A stretch of DNA of 32,536 nt, taken from NCBI GenBank assembly GCA_012925625.1, contig GCA_012925625.1_3625.1. The stretch is one strand, 5' to 3'. Every line of letters starts with the position of its first letter. Within the stretch, counting starts at the first letter, position 1. This document shows positions 8,207 through 16,404 of the stretch, one piece after another. A model generated the notes under the pieces. That model was given only the letters and a program-made list of their open reading frames with translations. It made no database searches and was not told where the DNA came from. A program made the translations under genes and the position numbers. The DNA is from a phage.

Positions 8207-8401
8207 TTCACCCCCGCAAGATAGGTTGCAAATGTTGTGCCACTGTGTGAACGGCCTGGCCTATTAATTTGCCTCACTGCCTCGATATTTGAGAATTATT
8301 ATAAGAATGAGAAGTATTCCCATTTCGTCCGCCTGGCAGCACTCCAGTCGCTACCGCTCATGACAGGGCAGAACTGGGTCCATTCAGATATTTCTGGCTG
8401 A

Positions 8402-8634
8402 CTCTTCAGGCCTGTGTGGGAAAAGCCAACCTCTCCGGCGGCGGGGAGGGGTTTGTCAGGAAAATTGCAGGTCAATTAAAAAATTTACGGGGTATATGAA
8501 GCGCTCTTCAGATAAGGCATGTATTATGGGATGAAACCCTCTTCAGGCAATGATATTTGTGGGTGTGATATTTGCTGGAAAGCCAGATATGACGGGACTC
8601 CCGGCGGGGCAGGGGTAGTACAGACAGGGAAAAT
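8402..8634. repeat. duplicated G-rich element: copy A 8402-8464, copy B 8540-8634
   Basis: Both copies run CTTCAGG...GTGGG...AAAGCC...CTCC(C)GGCGG(C)GGGG(C)AGGGG...CAGG(G)AAAAT in the same order. Confidence 0.55.
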
Positions 8635-9312
8635 ATGGAGGATGTGGTTGGGTAAATTGATCAGGCAGGTAGAGTATGGAATATGTTACAGGTATGTTAA
8701 ATAGGGAGGCTGAATATCTGTAGGATTTGTGTGTAAAATCAAAGACTTAAGTGGTGTTGTGGTATTTTCTATAAATAATTCAAGTTTAATAGGTAATATT
8801 TGTCTCTATCCGCTTTGTGTGGTAAACAAATTCAGATGGTGTTGGTTTACAAGTGTATACATAATATACAAATTAAAGATACAAGAAACCCCCCCTCCCC
8901 CTTCGGCTACCATTCACCTTTTCCTCTGACTGGTACTTAAACACTTATTCAGACTCTTCAGGTTATCACCCATATATCATATGGCAGTGACTGGTGTCCT
9001 CCGGCCCCTCTTTCGTCACCCGTCCGCTTCGCCATGCTAATGCCATAGCCAATGGTTCGGTTGTTCACCCTGTTCACTCAGGTGTATCTCCATACCCCTT
9101 CAAACCGAAGAGAACAGAAAACCCGAATTACTCGGTAAAAGAAAAGAGAAGAACTTAATTTTATCAGGATAGGCAAGAATGTCAAGGCATGACTGCTCAC
9201 TAAACAAGCAAACAGTCATGTGTGGGAGGTAAGTGATTGTGGTGGTGGGAAATTTAGTTGAAAGATGTGTTATAGGTGCTTCCAGCACTTTAGCCGGGCA
9301 GCTAATTGTGTG

Positions 9313-9528
9313 TCAGTCCAGCGGTTCATCCTCTACTTCACTGAAATCAATGTTCATGGTCTCTTCCCAACCATCGATCTCAGCACAAGAGTGGAGTTCT
9401 TTAGGGTTTACTCCCAAAGCCTCAGCAACAGAGTCTATATTTAACACCTCTGGCAGGTATGTTTCATCGAATTCAAGGTAAATCAGGCCACGAGTGTTGT
9501 CAGCTCCACCAAATATTTCTATCTTCAT
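9313..9528 (-). CDS. hypothetical acidic protein (71 aa), last gene of the minus-strand unit
   Basis: ORF with RBS GAGGAG upstream of ATG at 9528. Confidence 0.55.
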   Translation of the reverse strand: MKIEIFGGADNTRGLIYLEFDETYLPEVLNIDSVAEALGVNPKELHSCAEIDGWEETMNIDFSEVEDEPLD

Positions 9529-9649
9529 GAAATCTCCTCTGGAAATGAGAGTGTGAACAGGGTTTTATACGTTCCAATGCACTGGAATTATACACGTTTG
9601 CCTCTTCAGGCCATGCTTTAGCATGAGGAACCTGTGTGGGCTCGGTGCT

Positions 9650-9862
9650 TCATAGTCTGCCACCTCTGAACTCTTCGTGCTCAGGCATAATGGAGAACCA
9701 GATGTCTACGATGTCTTCCCACGTTAGGTCATCAGCCTCAGGATCTACCTGGAGCGAAGATGGAGAATCTTCAGAATCGAAGTTTTCCTCTTTCACTGGC
9801 TCAGACAATGGACATATGGTCACTCCTTCGGATGTCTCTTCAGGTGCATGCGTGTTGATCAT
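9650..9862 (-). CDS. hypothetical acidic protein (70 aa)
   Basis: ORF in track; ATGA overlap with the upstream small ORF. Confidence 0.5.
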   Translation of the reverse strand: MINTHAPEETSEGVTICPLSEPVKEENFDSEDSPSSLQVDPEADDLTWEDIVDIWFSIMPEHEEFRGGRL

Positions 9863-9948
9863 GTTCCACCCGTGAGTATTCCGGCAACAGCCGCTATGGA
9901 CGTAATGATCATCAGGATCACTACTAAAACTTCGGACAATGTTCTCAT
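9859..9948 (-). CDS. small hydrophobic peptide (29 aa), not in ORF track
   Basis: MRTLSEVLVVILMIITSIAAVAGILTGGT; directly downstream of the 9981-10009 promoter; weak RBS. Confidence 0.3.
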   Translation of the reverse strand: MRTLSEVLVVILMIITSIAAVAGILTGGT

Positions 9949-9980
9949 TGTGTATTCCATATTCTACAAACTATGTGTGG

Positions 9981-10009
9981 ATACTATCACTGGAGCGGTA
10001 ATGTGTCAA
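9981..10009 (-). promoter_or_regulatory. sigma70-like promoter (minus strand) TTGACA-N17-TAGTAT
   Basis: Reverse complement of 10004-10009 is TTGACA and of 9981-9986 is TAGTAT. Confidence 0.45.
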
Positions 10010-10170
10010 TAGAAACGCCGCGAGGGTTTGGTTAAAATCCGAGCGTATGGTGATTTGGGTCAAAACGGACGTGCGTTCTCGCTACGCTCGAAATATGGAG
10101 TTGTTTGTAGGAAGCTCTTAAACTCTCTGTAACGAGATTATCTGTCCAAGGTATGCAATCGTGCACCAGA

Positions 10171-10197
10171 TAAAGAAAAGGACGCCACAGAGCGTCC
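10171..10197 (-). terminator. intrinsic terminator (minus strand) GGACGC-loop-GCGTCC + TTTTCTTTA
   Basis: Hairpin and T-tract on the minus strand immediately after the 10223 stop. Confidence 0.55.
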
Positions 10198-10222
10198 TAG
10201 GTGTCTTAAATTTGATATTTTG

Positions 10223-10534
10223 CTATACCCATGAGGGCTTATCAAGGTTGGAGTAGCTAAAAGGTGTCAAAAGGTGACTGTCAAAATCTCTCAAACTATC
10301 CAAATCTTTTTCCTCGTCCTGACACCATCTGTGCCTACATTTATTGTTGTAGTGCATAGAATGCATAGCGTTCTGCAACTTAACAGGCACAATTGATTCA
10401 GGAGTAGTTAGTATTGTTGGGTATGCCAGAACCACCTCAAACAGTGGAAACACATCGAAACTAAAATCTACCTCTGCAGAGGTTGATGGCATGTAGGAGT
10501 ATTTAGCCGTCTTTGTAGACATAATCCACCTCAC
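10223..10534 (-). CDS. hypothetical protein (103 aa)
   Basis: ORF; start overlaps upstream stop (ATGA-type coupling). Confidence 0.55.
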   Translation of the reverse strand: MRWIMSTKTAKYSYMPSTSAEVDFSFDVFPLFEVVLAYPTILTTPESIVPVKLQNAMHSMHYNNKCRHRWCQDEEKDLDSLRDFDSHLLTPFSYSNLDKPSWV

Positions 10535-10857
10535 ACAGGTTTGATAATACCTTCACCGAATAACTCTTCATATCTAATCTTATCCGGATCCCACTCCTGG
10601 ATAATTTCGAAGACAATATCCAACCCTGGGATAATCACTTCTCCAGTGTCAAGTTTGGCAAGAACAAAACCAGAAGGCTGAATGGTTTCCCAGTTGCGAC
10701 GATTGGAATAGAAGACCTCGAAAATATCACCGACCTTGATCTGTTGATCAAGATGTTCAAGGTTCTCTTTCATGTAGACGCAGCGTATTTTTCGTGCAGG
10801 CCATAGACCACCTGCATCGCGTTCATTCAATTCTTTTACAGTGATCGGTATACTCAT
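10531..10857 (-). CDS. hypothetical protein (108 aa)
   Basis: ORF in track with a plausible RBS. Confidence 0.6.
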   Translation of the reverse strand: MSIPITVKELNERDAGGLWPARKIRCVYMKENLEHLDQQIKVGDIFEVFYSNRRNWETIQPSGFVLAKLDTGEVIIPGLDIVFEIIQEWDPDKIRYEELFGEGIIKPV

Positions 10858-10877
10858 CTCAAATCTCCTTCATAGAT

Positions 10878-10903
10878 AGTAAAAAGAGGGGCCCAAGCCC
10901 CTC
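10878..10903 (-). terminator. intrinsic terminator (minus strand) GAGGGGC-ttgg-GCCCCTC + TTTTTAC
   Basis: 7-bp GC stem and T-tract after the 10913 stop. Confidence 0.55.
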
Positions 10904-10912
10904 TCTTTGTCA

Positions 10913-11218
10913 TTATTCTACAGAGCGTTTGAACAGAATGTCTGCCTCTGACATGTGCTCAACCTCTTCTTCGATTTTAGCTCGACGTTTTTCAGCCTCA
11001 TATCGAATATCGAACTCGGTAGCCACCAGAGATTTGATGAATTTAGGAGAATACAGATGATCCTGCTTCTCAACAAGAATGATATCCTTGATGGCATCTT
11101 TCAGATCTTTAATCTGAAGTTGGAGTTCCACCAGTTCTTCGATTGTTTTGCGAAGGCGATCACGCTCTGCAGTGTCAGAAGGAAGAGAGGTGAACAGTTC
11201 AACTTTAGATTTAGCCAT
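10913..11218 (-). CDS. hypothetical coiled-coil protein (101 aa)
   Basis: RBS AAGGAG upstream; charged heptad-like sequence. Confidence 0.6.
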   Translation of the reverse strand: MAKSKVELFTSLPSDTAERDRLRKTIEELVELQLQIKDLKDAIKDIILVEKQDHLYSPKFIKSLVATEFDIRYEAEKRRAKIEEEVEHMSEADILFKRSVE

Positions 11219-11246
11219 AGTAAGAGTCTCCTTATGTTGTTTTAAA

Positions 11247-11498
11247 TTAACGTTCTACAAAAATACCGTTCAGTTCAATAACCAGGAATTTCTGGTCTTC
11301 ACTATCGTCTCGTGCCAGCACCTCACAGACGTATCGGTCATCCCCATCATCATCGCAGTCAAATACAAGACTGAGGACTTTATCATGATAAACCTTCTCC
11401 ACTACCGCCTCGTAAGTATTGCCGATTGTGAATCCAAGATAATCTCCGATGCATTTGACAACAACATGGTCGCCAGCATTCAAGTCAATCTTCGTCAT
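11247..11498 (-). CDS. hypothetical protein (83 aa)
   Basis: Start moved to internal ATG (MTKIDLNAGD...) with RBS AAGGAG 8 nt upstream. Confidence 0.55.
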   Translation of the reverse strand: MTKIDLNAGDHVVVKCIGDYLGFTIGNTYEAVVEKVYHDKVLSLVFDCDDDGDDRYVCEVLARDDSEDQKFLVIELNGIFVER

Positions 11499-11625
11499 TA
11501 CTGCGCTCCTTGGGTAATAATACTGTATGTAAAACTTTAACCAGAGATGTGAATAACGCCCCAAAACACACCGATAGCGCTAAAACAGACAAGGCCATCA
11601 TTAAAGCTTCAGTAAAATCTGTCAT
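11485..11625 (-). CDS. small membrane protein (46 aa), not in ORF track
   Basis: Strong RBS AAGAGGTGAGGA; hydrophobic MMALSVLALSVCFGALF; overlaps the next gene start. Confidence 0.45.
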   Translation of the reverse strand: MTDFTEALMMALSVLALSVCFGALFTSLVKVLHTVLLPKERSNDED

Positions 11626-11653
11626 TCCTCACCTCTTGTTAGTCACTATACTA

Positions 11654-11917
11654 TCATTTATCCTTACCGTCAAGAACTTTTTTAAATCTTTCAGGGATAT
11701 CTCCCGTTCTTAGATAGTTCATGACCTCACAAGGTTCCCACTTGAATTTCTTACAAAGCAGGGCGGCTGATATTGTCTCATTGCGAAAAGAAAGGATATT
11801 AATATCCCATTCTGAGAACCCCAACTTCCGAAGGGTAGCTACAGAAATCCTCACCGCAACCCAGCAGCAAAAACATGCAACAAACGCCACTGCTATAACC
11901 CACATCAGGATGTTCAT
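11654..11917 (-). CDS. membrane-anchored hypothetical protein (87 aa)
   Basis: RBS GAGGTG; N-terminal TM helix ILMWVIAVAFVACFCCWVAV. Confidence 0.55.
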   Translation of the reverse strand: MNILMWVIAVAFVACFCCWVAVRISVATLRKLGFSEWDINILSFRNETISAALLCKKFKWEPCEVMNYLRTGDIPERFKKVLDGKDK

Positions 11918-11926
11918 ACAAGCACC

Positions 11927-12010
11927 TCACTGAAATACAAGACACAGTGTTAAGGTTACTGACCAGCAAATAATTAACAGTGCCGTTGCAACCTTGGCAA
12001 GATTTATCAT
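11927..12010 (-). CDS. small hydrophobic peptide (27 aa), not in ORF track
   Basis: MINLAKVATALLIICWSVTLTLCLVFQ; ATG immediately after upstream stop; RBS GAGG. Confidence 0.3.
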   Translation of the reverse strand: MINLAKVATALLIICWSVTLTLCLVFQ

Positions 12011-12294
12011 AGTGCCTCTAAGATTTCATATCCTTCGGGTCGGAATACAAGCCACTCCGTGGCTCCGTTTGGTCGATACGCTTTATACAGAACAACCTGA
12101 TCTCGGCACATGCACATAGCTACATAGTTTTCATCCACACCTGCAGCCTGCATTGCAGCTTCTTCTCCGGCAACTGCTTTGCTTACAACCTCCTTGGTAG
12201 GCAGGTGTGCGATCAGCTCGTCACCATCATTAATTCCAAAATGGCTGAGCTCTCCATTGGTATCTTTAATCTTAATCTTAACCAGATCTTTCAT
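12007..12294 (-). CDS. small acidic protein, member of the paralogous array (95 aa)
   Basis: ORF; tightly coupled to neighbours; ends in acidic EILEAL tail. Confidence 0.55.
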   Translation of the reverse strand: MKDLVKIKIKDTNGELSHFGINDGDELIAHLPTKEVVSKAVAGEEAAMQAAGVDENYVAMCMCRDQVVLYKAYRPNGATEWLVFRPEGYEILEAL

Positions 12295-12623
12295 TAGTCT
12301 TCCTCCAGGTTCAAAGGCCCTAAGATTTCATATGCCAGATTAGAAGTTACCAGAGGGTCTTCTGCATCTTTAGTATTATACCACCCGTGAATAACCAGAG
12401 TCCCACTCTGTTTCATATCCAACTGGAACTGTTCTGCAGTTTCCTCATCCATCTCTAAGATCTCCATGAGGTATTTGATGTTAGGAAGGTATGCAGCTGT
12501 TACAGTTCCCTCCACCAAACCTTCGGGCCAACCTACATCTGGATGACAAGTAGGAACCAGGTTGGTCAGCTTAATGGTGTACGCTTTTTCTGCACGAGCC
12601 TTCAGTAACGGGTCAATCTTCAT
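12294..12623 (-). CDS. small acidic protein (109 aa)
   Basis: ORF; overlapping stop/start with both neighbours. Confidence 0.55.
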   Translation of the reverse strand: MKIDPLLKARAEKAYTIKLTNLVPTCHPDVGWPEGLVEGTVTAAYLPNIKYLMEILEMDEETAEQFQLDMKQSGTLVIHGWYNTKDAEDPLVTSNLAYEILGPLNLEED

Positions 12624-12973
12624 TATTCGTCCTCCTCTTCGGTGCCTGCTTCCAGTAATAAGTTAAGAATATCTTCTGCACAAGGCTCATAGAACTCTTG
12701 GCCTTCATTATCGATGATTTTGTAGTCATCTCCACGAATAATCAGAGGATCACTCTCAAAATTATCGAGACCTTTAACAACGACAACACGATCGATTGCC
12801 ATCATTGTAAGAACTTTATCAACATCTTCCTCTGCTACACCATACTGCAGCAGAATGTCTTTGGTAGGAGGAACAGCATCCACCACAACACCGTTACCAA
12901 AACCTTCCGGCAATTTAGATAAAATATCTTCCGGAACCGCATTCACATCAAAACCGGTAATTTCTACTTTCAT
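12623..12973 (-). CDS. small acidic protein (116 aa)
   Basis: ORF; MKVEITGFD N-terminus and acidic C-terminus. Confidence 0.55.
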   Translation of the reverse strand: MKVEITGFDVNAVPEDILSKLPEGFGNGVVVDAVPPTKDILLQYGVAEEDVDKVLTMMAIDRVVVVKGLDNFESDPLIIRGDDYKIIDNEGQEFYEPCAEDILNLLLEAGTEEEDE

Positions 12974-13234
12974 TTACAGCACCTCTTCGTCGACTACTTC
13001 ATAAAAATGGCTTGGGATTGCAATAGCGTTCTCACCTTCACCTACAAACACAGTTCCGTCAAGAATCAACATCATAAGAATTTCTGGAATATCCTCTTCC
13101 GGAACGTTGCCAAAACCTTTAATCAGCGTGTAGGTTGGAAGATTTACCTCTAAGATGTCACCATCTTTAGAACGGAAATCTACACCGTCCTGAATCTCTG
13201 CCGTTTCAAGGTTTTTCAATTTAATCTTCATCAA
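12974..13234 (-). CDS. small acidic protein, MK(I/V)K paralogue family (86 aa)
   Basis: ORF; N-terminal MMKIKLKNL and C-terminal VVDEEVL shared with paralogues. Confidence 0.55.
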   Translation of the reverse strand: MMKIKLKNLETAEIQDGVDFRSKDGDILEVNLPTYTLIKGFGNVPEEDIPEILMMLILDGTVFVGEGENAIAIPSHFYEVVDEEVL

Positions 13235-13310
13235 TCGGTCTCCTGTCTTGTTAAGATGAAGGTATTATTTCACACAGGGTTGGCGTTGTCAACACCTGTG
13301 TGCAAGAAAA

Positions 13311-13706
13311 TTACTGAAACAGTGCGGATAAATTACCTTCTGGTGGAAACTTATCTGCCAAAAACGGTGTTAGCACAGTAGCCTTCTGAAGATCTGGGGT
13401 CCACTCGTTGTTCAGAACATCCCAGTAGTACGCAATGTTGCTGTGTGGGTGCCGCATTACGAACTTTTTCCCTTCGTAGTCATCTGAAACCTCTACAGAA
13501 GAAATAACAACAGAATCTTCAAGGGTTTCTTCATAGAAAGATCCACCTTCAAATTTCCAACGAGATGCAAGAGCCCCTGCCTTGAACGCTGCAGATAACG
13601 GACTGTCGGCAAGAACATACATTTCTTGCACTCTGTCGCTGCGATCTTTGCTTCTTACGTTGTATACAGTATCTGAGCTATACTCAACACGGTATAGTCT
13701 TACCAT
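13311..13706 (-). CDS. hypothetical protein, paralogue of 15522..15920 (131 aa)
   Basis: Shares FV(M/I)xHP(H/D)S...(Y/H)YW(D/N)...(E/T)WTP with 15522..15920. Confidence 0.6.
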   Translation of the reverse strand: MVRLYRVEYSSDTVYNVRSKDRSDRVQEMYVLADSPLSAAFKAGALASRWKFEGGSFYEETLEDSVVISSVEVSDDYEGKKFVMRHPHSNIAYYWDVLNNEWTPDLQKATVLTPFLADKFPPEGNLSALFQ

Positions 13707-14038
13707 TACCGCACCTCCTCAATAACTTCCACATCTGAACCTACCACAAATGCAAAAGGACAGGTTTCATGAAAGACATCCGGATCGCCGCCAAGCTTGC
13801 TAACAATTTCTCCACCACTAATAAACACAAGCTCACCGATATTCATCAGATTGCTGAAATAGTATCCATAATGATTAAAGAATGCAGCAGGGTCAGGTAA
13901 GCTAGTAGCCTCAAGTTCTACATCGTTTGAGATTACTTTCTTATCATAACCTCTCGCCTTCTGAGATGCAAGATCTGCAGAATCTTCAGGCGACCGGAGA
14001 TGCACAGGAATTGTTTCACCAATAAATCGTACTTTCAT
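13706..14038 (-). CDS. small acidic protein (110 aa)
   Basis: Start placed at internal ATG 14038 (RBS GGTGAG), directly after upstream stop at 14043. Confidence 0.5.
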   Translation of the reverse strand: MKVRFIGETIPVHLRSPEDSADLASQKARGYDKKVISNDVELEATSLPDPAAFFNHYGYYFSNLMNIGELVFISGGEIVSKLGGDPDVFHETCPFAFVVGSDVEVIEEVR

Positions 14039-14042
14039 ATTC

Positions 14043-14306
14043 TCACCCAACAACCATAGCTTCAAAAGGAGTCATGAACGAATAAACGGCATCATCATCT
14101 GCTTCAGGGAATGCTCCCAAAGACTTCATGTCTGAGCCCTTGACAAATACAAGGTTTTGATCAAAAGCTTCTTGGGGATCAATCCGATACATATCTCGTA
14201 GAATATCGCTTACCTCCTCATCAAGAGGTGAGTATGCTGTGCACGTTTTTCCGATCAAGCTTTGAGAATCAGGGTATCCACCTGAAGTTTTAAAATAAAC
14301 AATCAT
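14043..14306 (-). CDS. small acidic protein, paralogue family (87 aa)
   Basis: ORF; shares GK...VKG.D..S.GA pattern with 15933/16177/19794. Confidence 0.55.
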   Translation of the reverse strand: MIVYFKTSGGYPDSQSLIGKTCTAYSPLDEEVSDILRDMYRIDPQEAFDQNLVFVKGSDMKSLGAFPEADDDAVYSFMTPFEAMVVG

Positions 14307-14401
14307 ATAGTATCACCTCTGGCAAGAGATGGGGATTCCTTTCCCACAAATAATTACAAACTTTTCTTTTTATTGAGAGAAGTATGCTAATCCAAGCAGG
14401 A

Positions 14402-14671
14402 TTACTCTTCTACAATCTCATACACATCAGGAGTTACAATCAACTCTTCTCCGTTACCCGGTGCAACAAACACCACCAAGCCTTCAGGTGTGTGCTTTTT
14501 AGCCATCTCGATAACATCTTCTCGCAGAGCTGGCTCCATCAGATCAAAGCCTTCACCCAAGGCATCACGAACTACCTTCATGTAGTCCACTGGTTGTGCT
14601 TCAACGATCATGCCTTCAACCAGTCCACAGTTTTTGTCTGCCAGCTCAGTTTTGAATAATTTAATTTTCAT
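14402..14671 (-). CDS. small acidic protein, MKIK paralogue family (89 aa)
   Basis: ORF; N-terminal MKIKLFKTEL and C-terminal EIVEE. Confidence 0.55.
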   Translation of the reverse strand: MKIKLFKTELADKNCGLVEGMIVEAQPVDYMKVVRDALGEGFDLMEPALREDVIEMAKKHTPEGLVVFVAPGNGEELIVTPDVYEIVEE

Positions 14672-14697
14672 TTAGAGGTCTCCTCAATTATTTGATA

Positions 14698-14799
14698 TTA
14701 ATAGCCGTAACCTAACACATTAACTACAACTGCGATTGCAAACATAATTTCAAAGCATGCAATCTCTACATTTGGGACTAATTTCTTAATCACACCCAT
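14698..14799 (-). CDS. small hydrophobic peptide (33 aa), not in ORF track
   Basis: RBS GAGGTG 6 nt upstream; MGVIKKLVPNVEIACFEIMFAIAVVVNVLGYGY; start region overlaps the HPF gene 3' end. Confidence 0.3.
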   Translation of the reverse strand: MGVIKKLVPNVEIACFEIMFAIAVVVNVLGYGY

Positions 14800-14808
14800 T
14801 GTAGCACC

Positions 14809-15129
14809 TCATTCTCCAAAGTCAATCTTTACTTTGCCTTTCCCCTTACCTTTCTTTCCACCGCATTTAGCCAGCTGACGTGCTGCAACATCTACCATAC
14901 GGTCAGTTGCCTCGTAAGCATCACTGCCTTTAGCCTTGGCAATAACTTCTTTTCCAGAATTGTCAAAAATGAACGCCATAACTTCCTGGTGATCATTTTC
15001 AACTTTTACACTCACACGTGCATAGTTAACAGAGGGATGTAAACGCTCCAGCTTGGACATTTTGCGGGAAATAAAAGATACCATACCTTCTGTGATTTCT
15101 ACATTGTTGCCAGTGATTTCAATTTGCAT
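14809..15129 (-). CDS. hpf: ribosome hibernation promoting factor / RaiA (S30AE family) homologue with Lys/Gly-rich C-terminal tail
   Basis: N-terminus MQIEITGNNVEITEGM...KLERL...VSVKVE...DAYEATDRMVDVAARQLAK matches the recalled E. coli HPF pattern MQLNITGNNVEITEAL...KLEQYF...VVLKVE...DMYAAIDGLIDKLARQL; RBS AAGGAA. Confidence 0.8.
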   Translation of the reverse strand: MQIEITGNNVEITEGMVSFISRKMSKLERLHPSVNYARVSVKVENDHQEVMAFIFDNSGKEVIAKAKGSDAYEATDRMVDVAARQLAKCGGKKGKGKGKVKIDFGE

Positions 15130-15213
15130 AACGTGTTCCTTTTAAGGAAGAGGGAATAACTATCTCTCTTTGAAAACAATGATACTAAATCTGAAGCGTT
15201 GTGTCAACAGTTT

Positions 15214-15504
15214 TTACAGCTTGTTGTCGATAGTTTTTAAAATATCCACAGCAAGATCTGCCATTTTTCGAACATACTCTGCAAACTCAACAGGATCCTT
15301 GATCAAAGAATTCACAGGGTCGTACCCTAGAGCGTTTAAAATGGCTGCAGCATCTACAACCTTCTCATCATTTGCGAAGATCTCTCCGTCAAACTTGTAG
15401 GTCCATTTTGAGTCAACCTTAGCAGAGCAGGGTTTGTCCATGCTTGTTACACCATCGTCTTTAAACTCTCCTGCGTTATCAATATTTAGAATTAAATCCA
15501 TCAT
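15214..15504 (-). CDS. hypothetical protein (96 aa)
   Basis: ORF in track with a plausible RBS. Confidence 0.55.
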   Translation of the reverse strand: MMDLILNIDNAGEFKDDGVTSMDKPCSAKVDSKWTYKFDGEIFANDEKVVDAAAILNALGYDPVNSLIKDPVEFAEYVRKMADLAVDILKTIDNKL

Positions 15505-15521
15505 GGTGACACCTCACTGTT

Positions 15522-15920
15522 TCAGTTTAGCTTTTCTTCAACAACCCCATAACTTGGGGCAGAGTCAAGAGCTTTCTGGTTTAAAAGTGGCGTAGCAGAA
15601 TCTGCAAACGGTGTCCAAGTTTTTGTTCTGGCATTCCAGTAATGCTTCACTCTGGAATCTGGATGCACTATAACAAAAACTTTTTCACTTGTCAACACAT
15701 TAATTTCTTCTACACCCTTGCTGATAATTTCTCCGTCATAGCCCCCAGTCTGGTATCCTTCGTACCAGGTTCTTGCATAGGCATAGCCAGCCTGCCAGCA
15801 TGCAGCCTCCTCCGAGGTGGAGACTACGTAGAAGTCTTTCTCAAATTCTGGAATACGCCCTTGCTTTACGCTCCAAGCCCCGCGAATTTTCATTGTAACT
15901 TTAAACAGTTTATTTTTCAC
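15522..15920 (-). CDS. hypothetical protein, paralogue of 13311..13706 (132 aa)
   Basis: Shared motif block with 13311..13706. Confidence 0.6.
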   Translation of the reverse strand: MKNKLFKVTMKIRGAWSVKQGRIPEFEKDFYVVSTSEEAACWQAGYAYARTWYEGYQTGGYDGEIISKGVEEINVLTSEKVFVIVHPDSRVKHYWNARTKTWTPFADSATPLLNQKALDSAPSYGVVEEKLN

Positions 15921-15932
15921 AACGGTTACCCA

Positions 15933-16187
15933 TCACAGCTCTACAATATCTGCATCTGACCCTACCCCAAAGGCATAGTAGGACTCTTCCCCGAAATAAT
16001 ATTCAGGTGCACCAGCGGTGATCAGGTCTGATCCCAAGATAAACACCACGTTGTGGCCTACATAACTGTGATGTTGCCGCACAGGATCATCCCACGGCAA
16101 CCCTTCAAAGTATACCGCAGGAACGACCTTTCCATTCAGGAAGGATTGTCCCAAGTAGACGTTAGAATCAAGAATTTTAACCTTCAT
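15933..16187 (-). CDS. small acidic protein, MKVK paralogue family (84 aa)
   Basis: MKVKILDS...GKVV...GSDLITAGA closely resembles 16177 and 19794. Confidence 0.6.
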   Translation of the reverse strand: MKVKILDSNVYLGQSFLNGKVVPAVYFEGLPWDDPVRQHHSYVGHNVVFILGSDLITAGAPEYYFGEESYYAFGVGSDADIVEL

Positions 16188-16404
16188 GATCGTCCTCCAC
16201 TACCTCTACATCCTCACCTAGGGCAAAGTTATAGGTCCACTGACTGTCAAAGCATTCCTGAGATGCACCAGCGGCAATAAGATCTGCTCCTTTTATTTTT
16301 AAAAGGTCAGGGTAATCTTCGTTAGGGACAGCAGTAAACACTTTACCCACTAAAGGCTCCTGACCAATATAGAAGCTTGAATCTAAAACTTTAACTTTCA
16401 TCAA
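16177..16404 (-). CDS. small acidic protein, MKVK paralogue family (75 aa)
   Basis: MMKVKVLDSS...GKVF...GADLIAAGA...EDVEVVEDD. Confidence 0.6.
   Translation of the reverse strand: MMKVKVLDSSFYIGQEPLVGKVFTAVPNEDYPDLLKIKGADLIAAGASQECFDSQWTYNFALGEDVEVVEDDHEG

Noticed and set aside
7500-8650. CRISPR array
   Set aside because: The repeats are a mix of inverted and direct copies with irregular spacing and no spacer-like unique units of uniform length
7583-8929. Track ORFs inside the ORF-poor region (7583-7789, 7680-7910, 7900-8103, 8519-8704, 8729-8929)
   Set aside because: None has a plausible RBS, they run across the repeat and palindrome clusters, and their compositions look non-protein-like (for example YYVIYYYLVNC); treated as chance ORFs
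6901-9312. tRNA genes in the ORF-poor region
   Set aside because: I looked for T-loop (GGTTCGAATCC-like) and D-loop signatures and found none; unaided inspection could miss atypical tRNAs, so a tRNA-scan is still worthwhile
9100-9481. ORFs 9100-9288 (-) and 9233-9481 (+)
   Set aside because: No RBS; the plus-strand one is antisense to the convincing 9313-9528 minus-strand gene and is Ser-rich, typical of a shadow ORF
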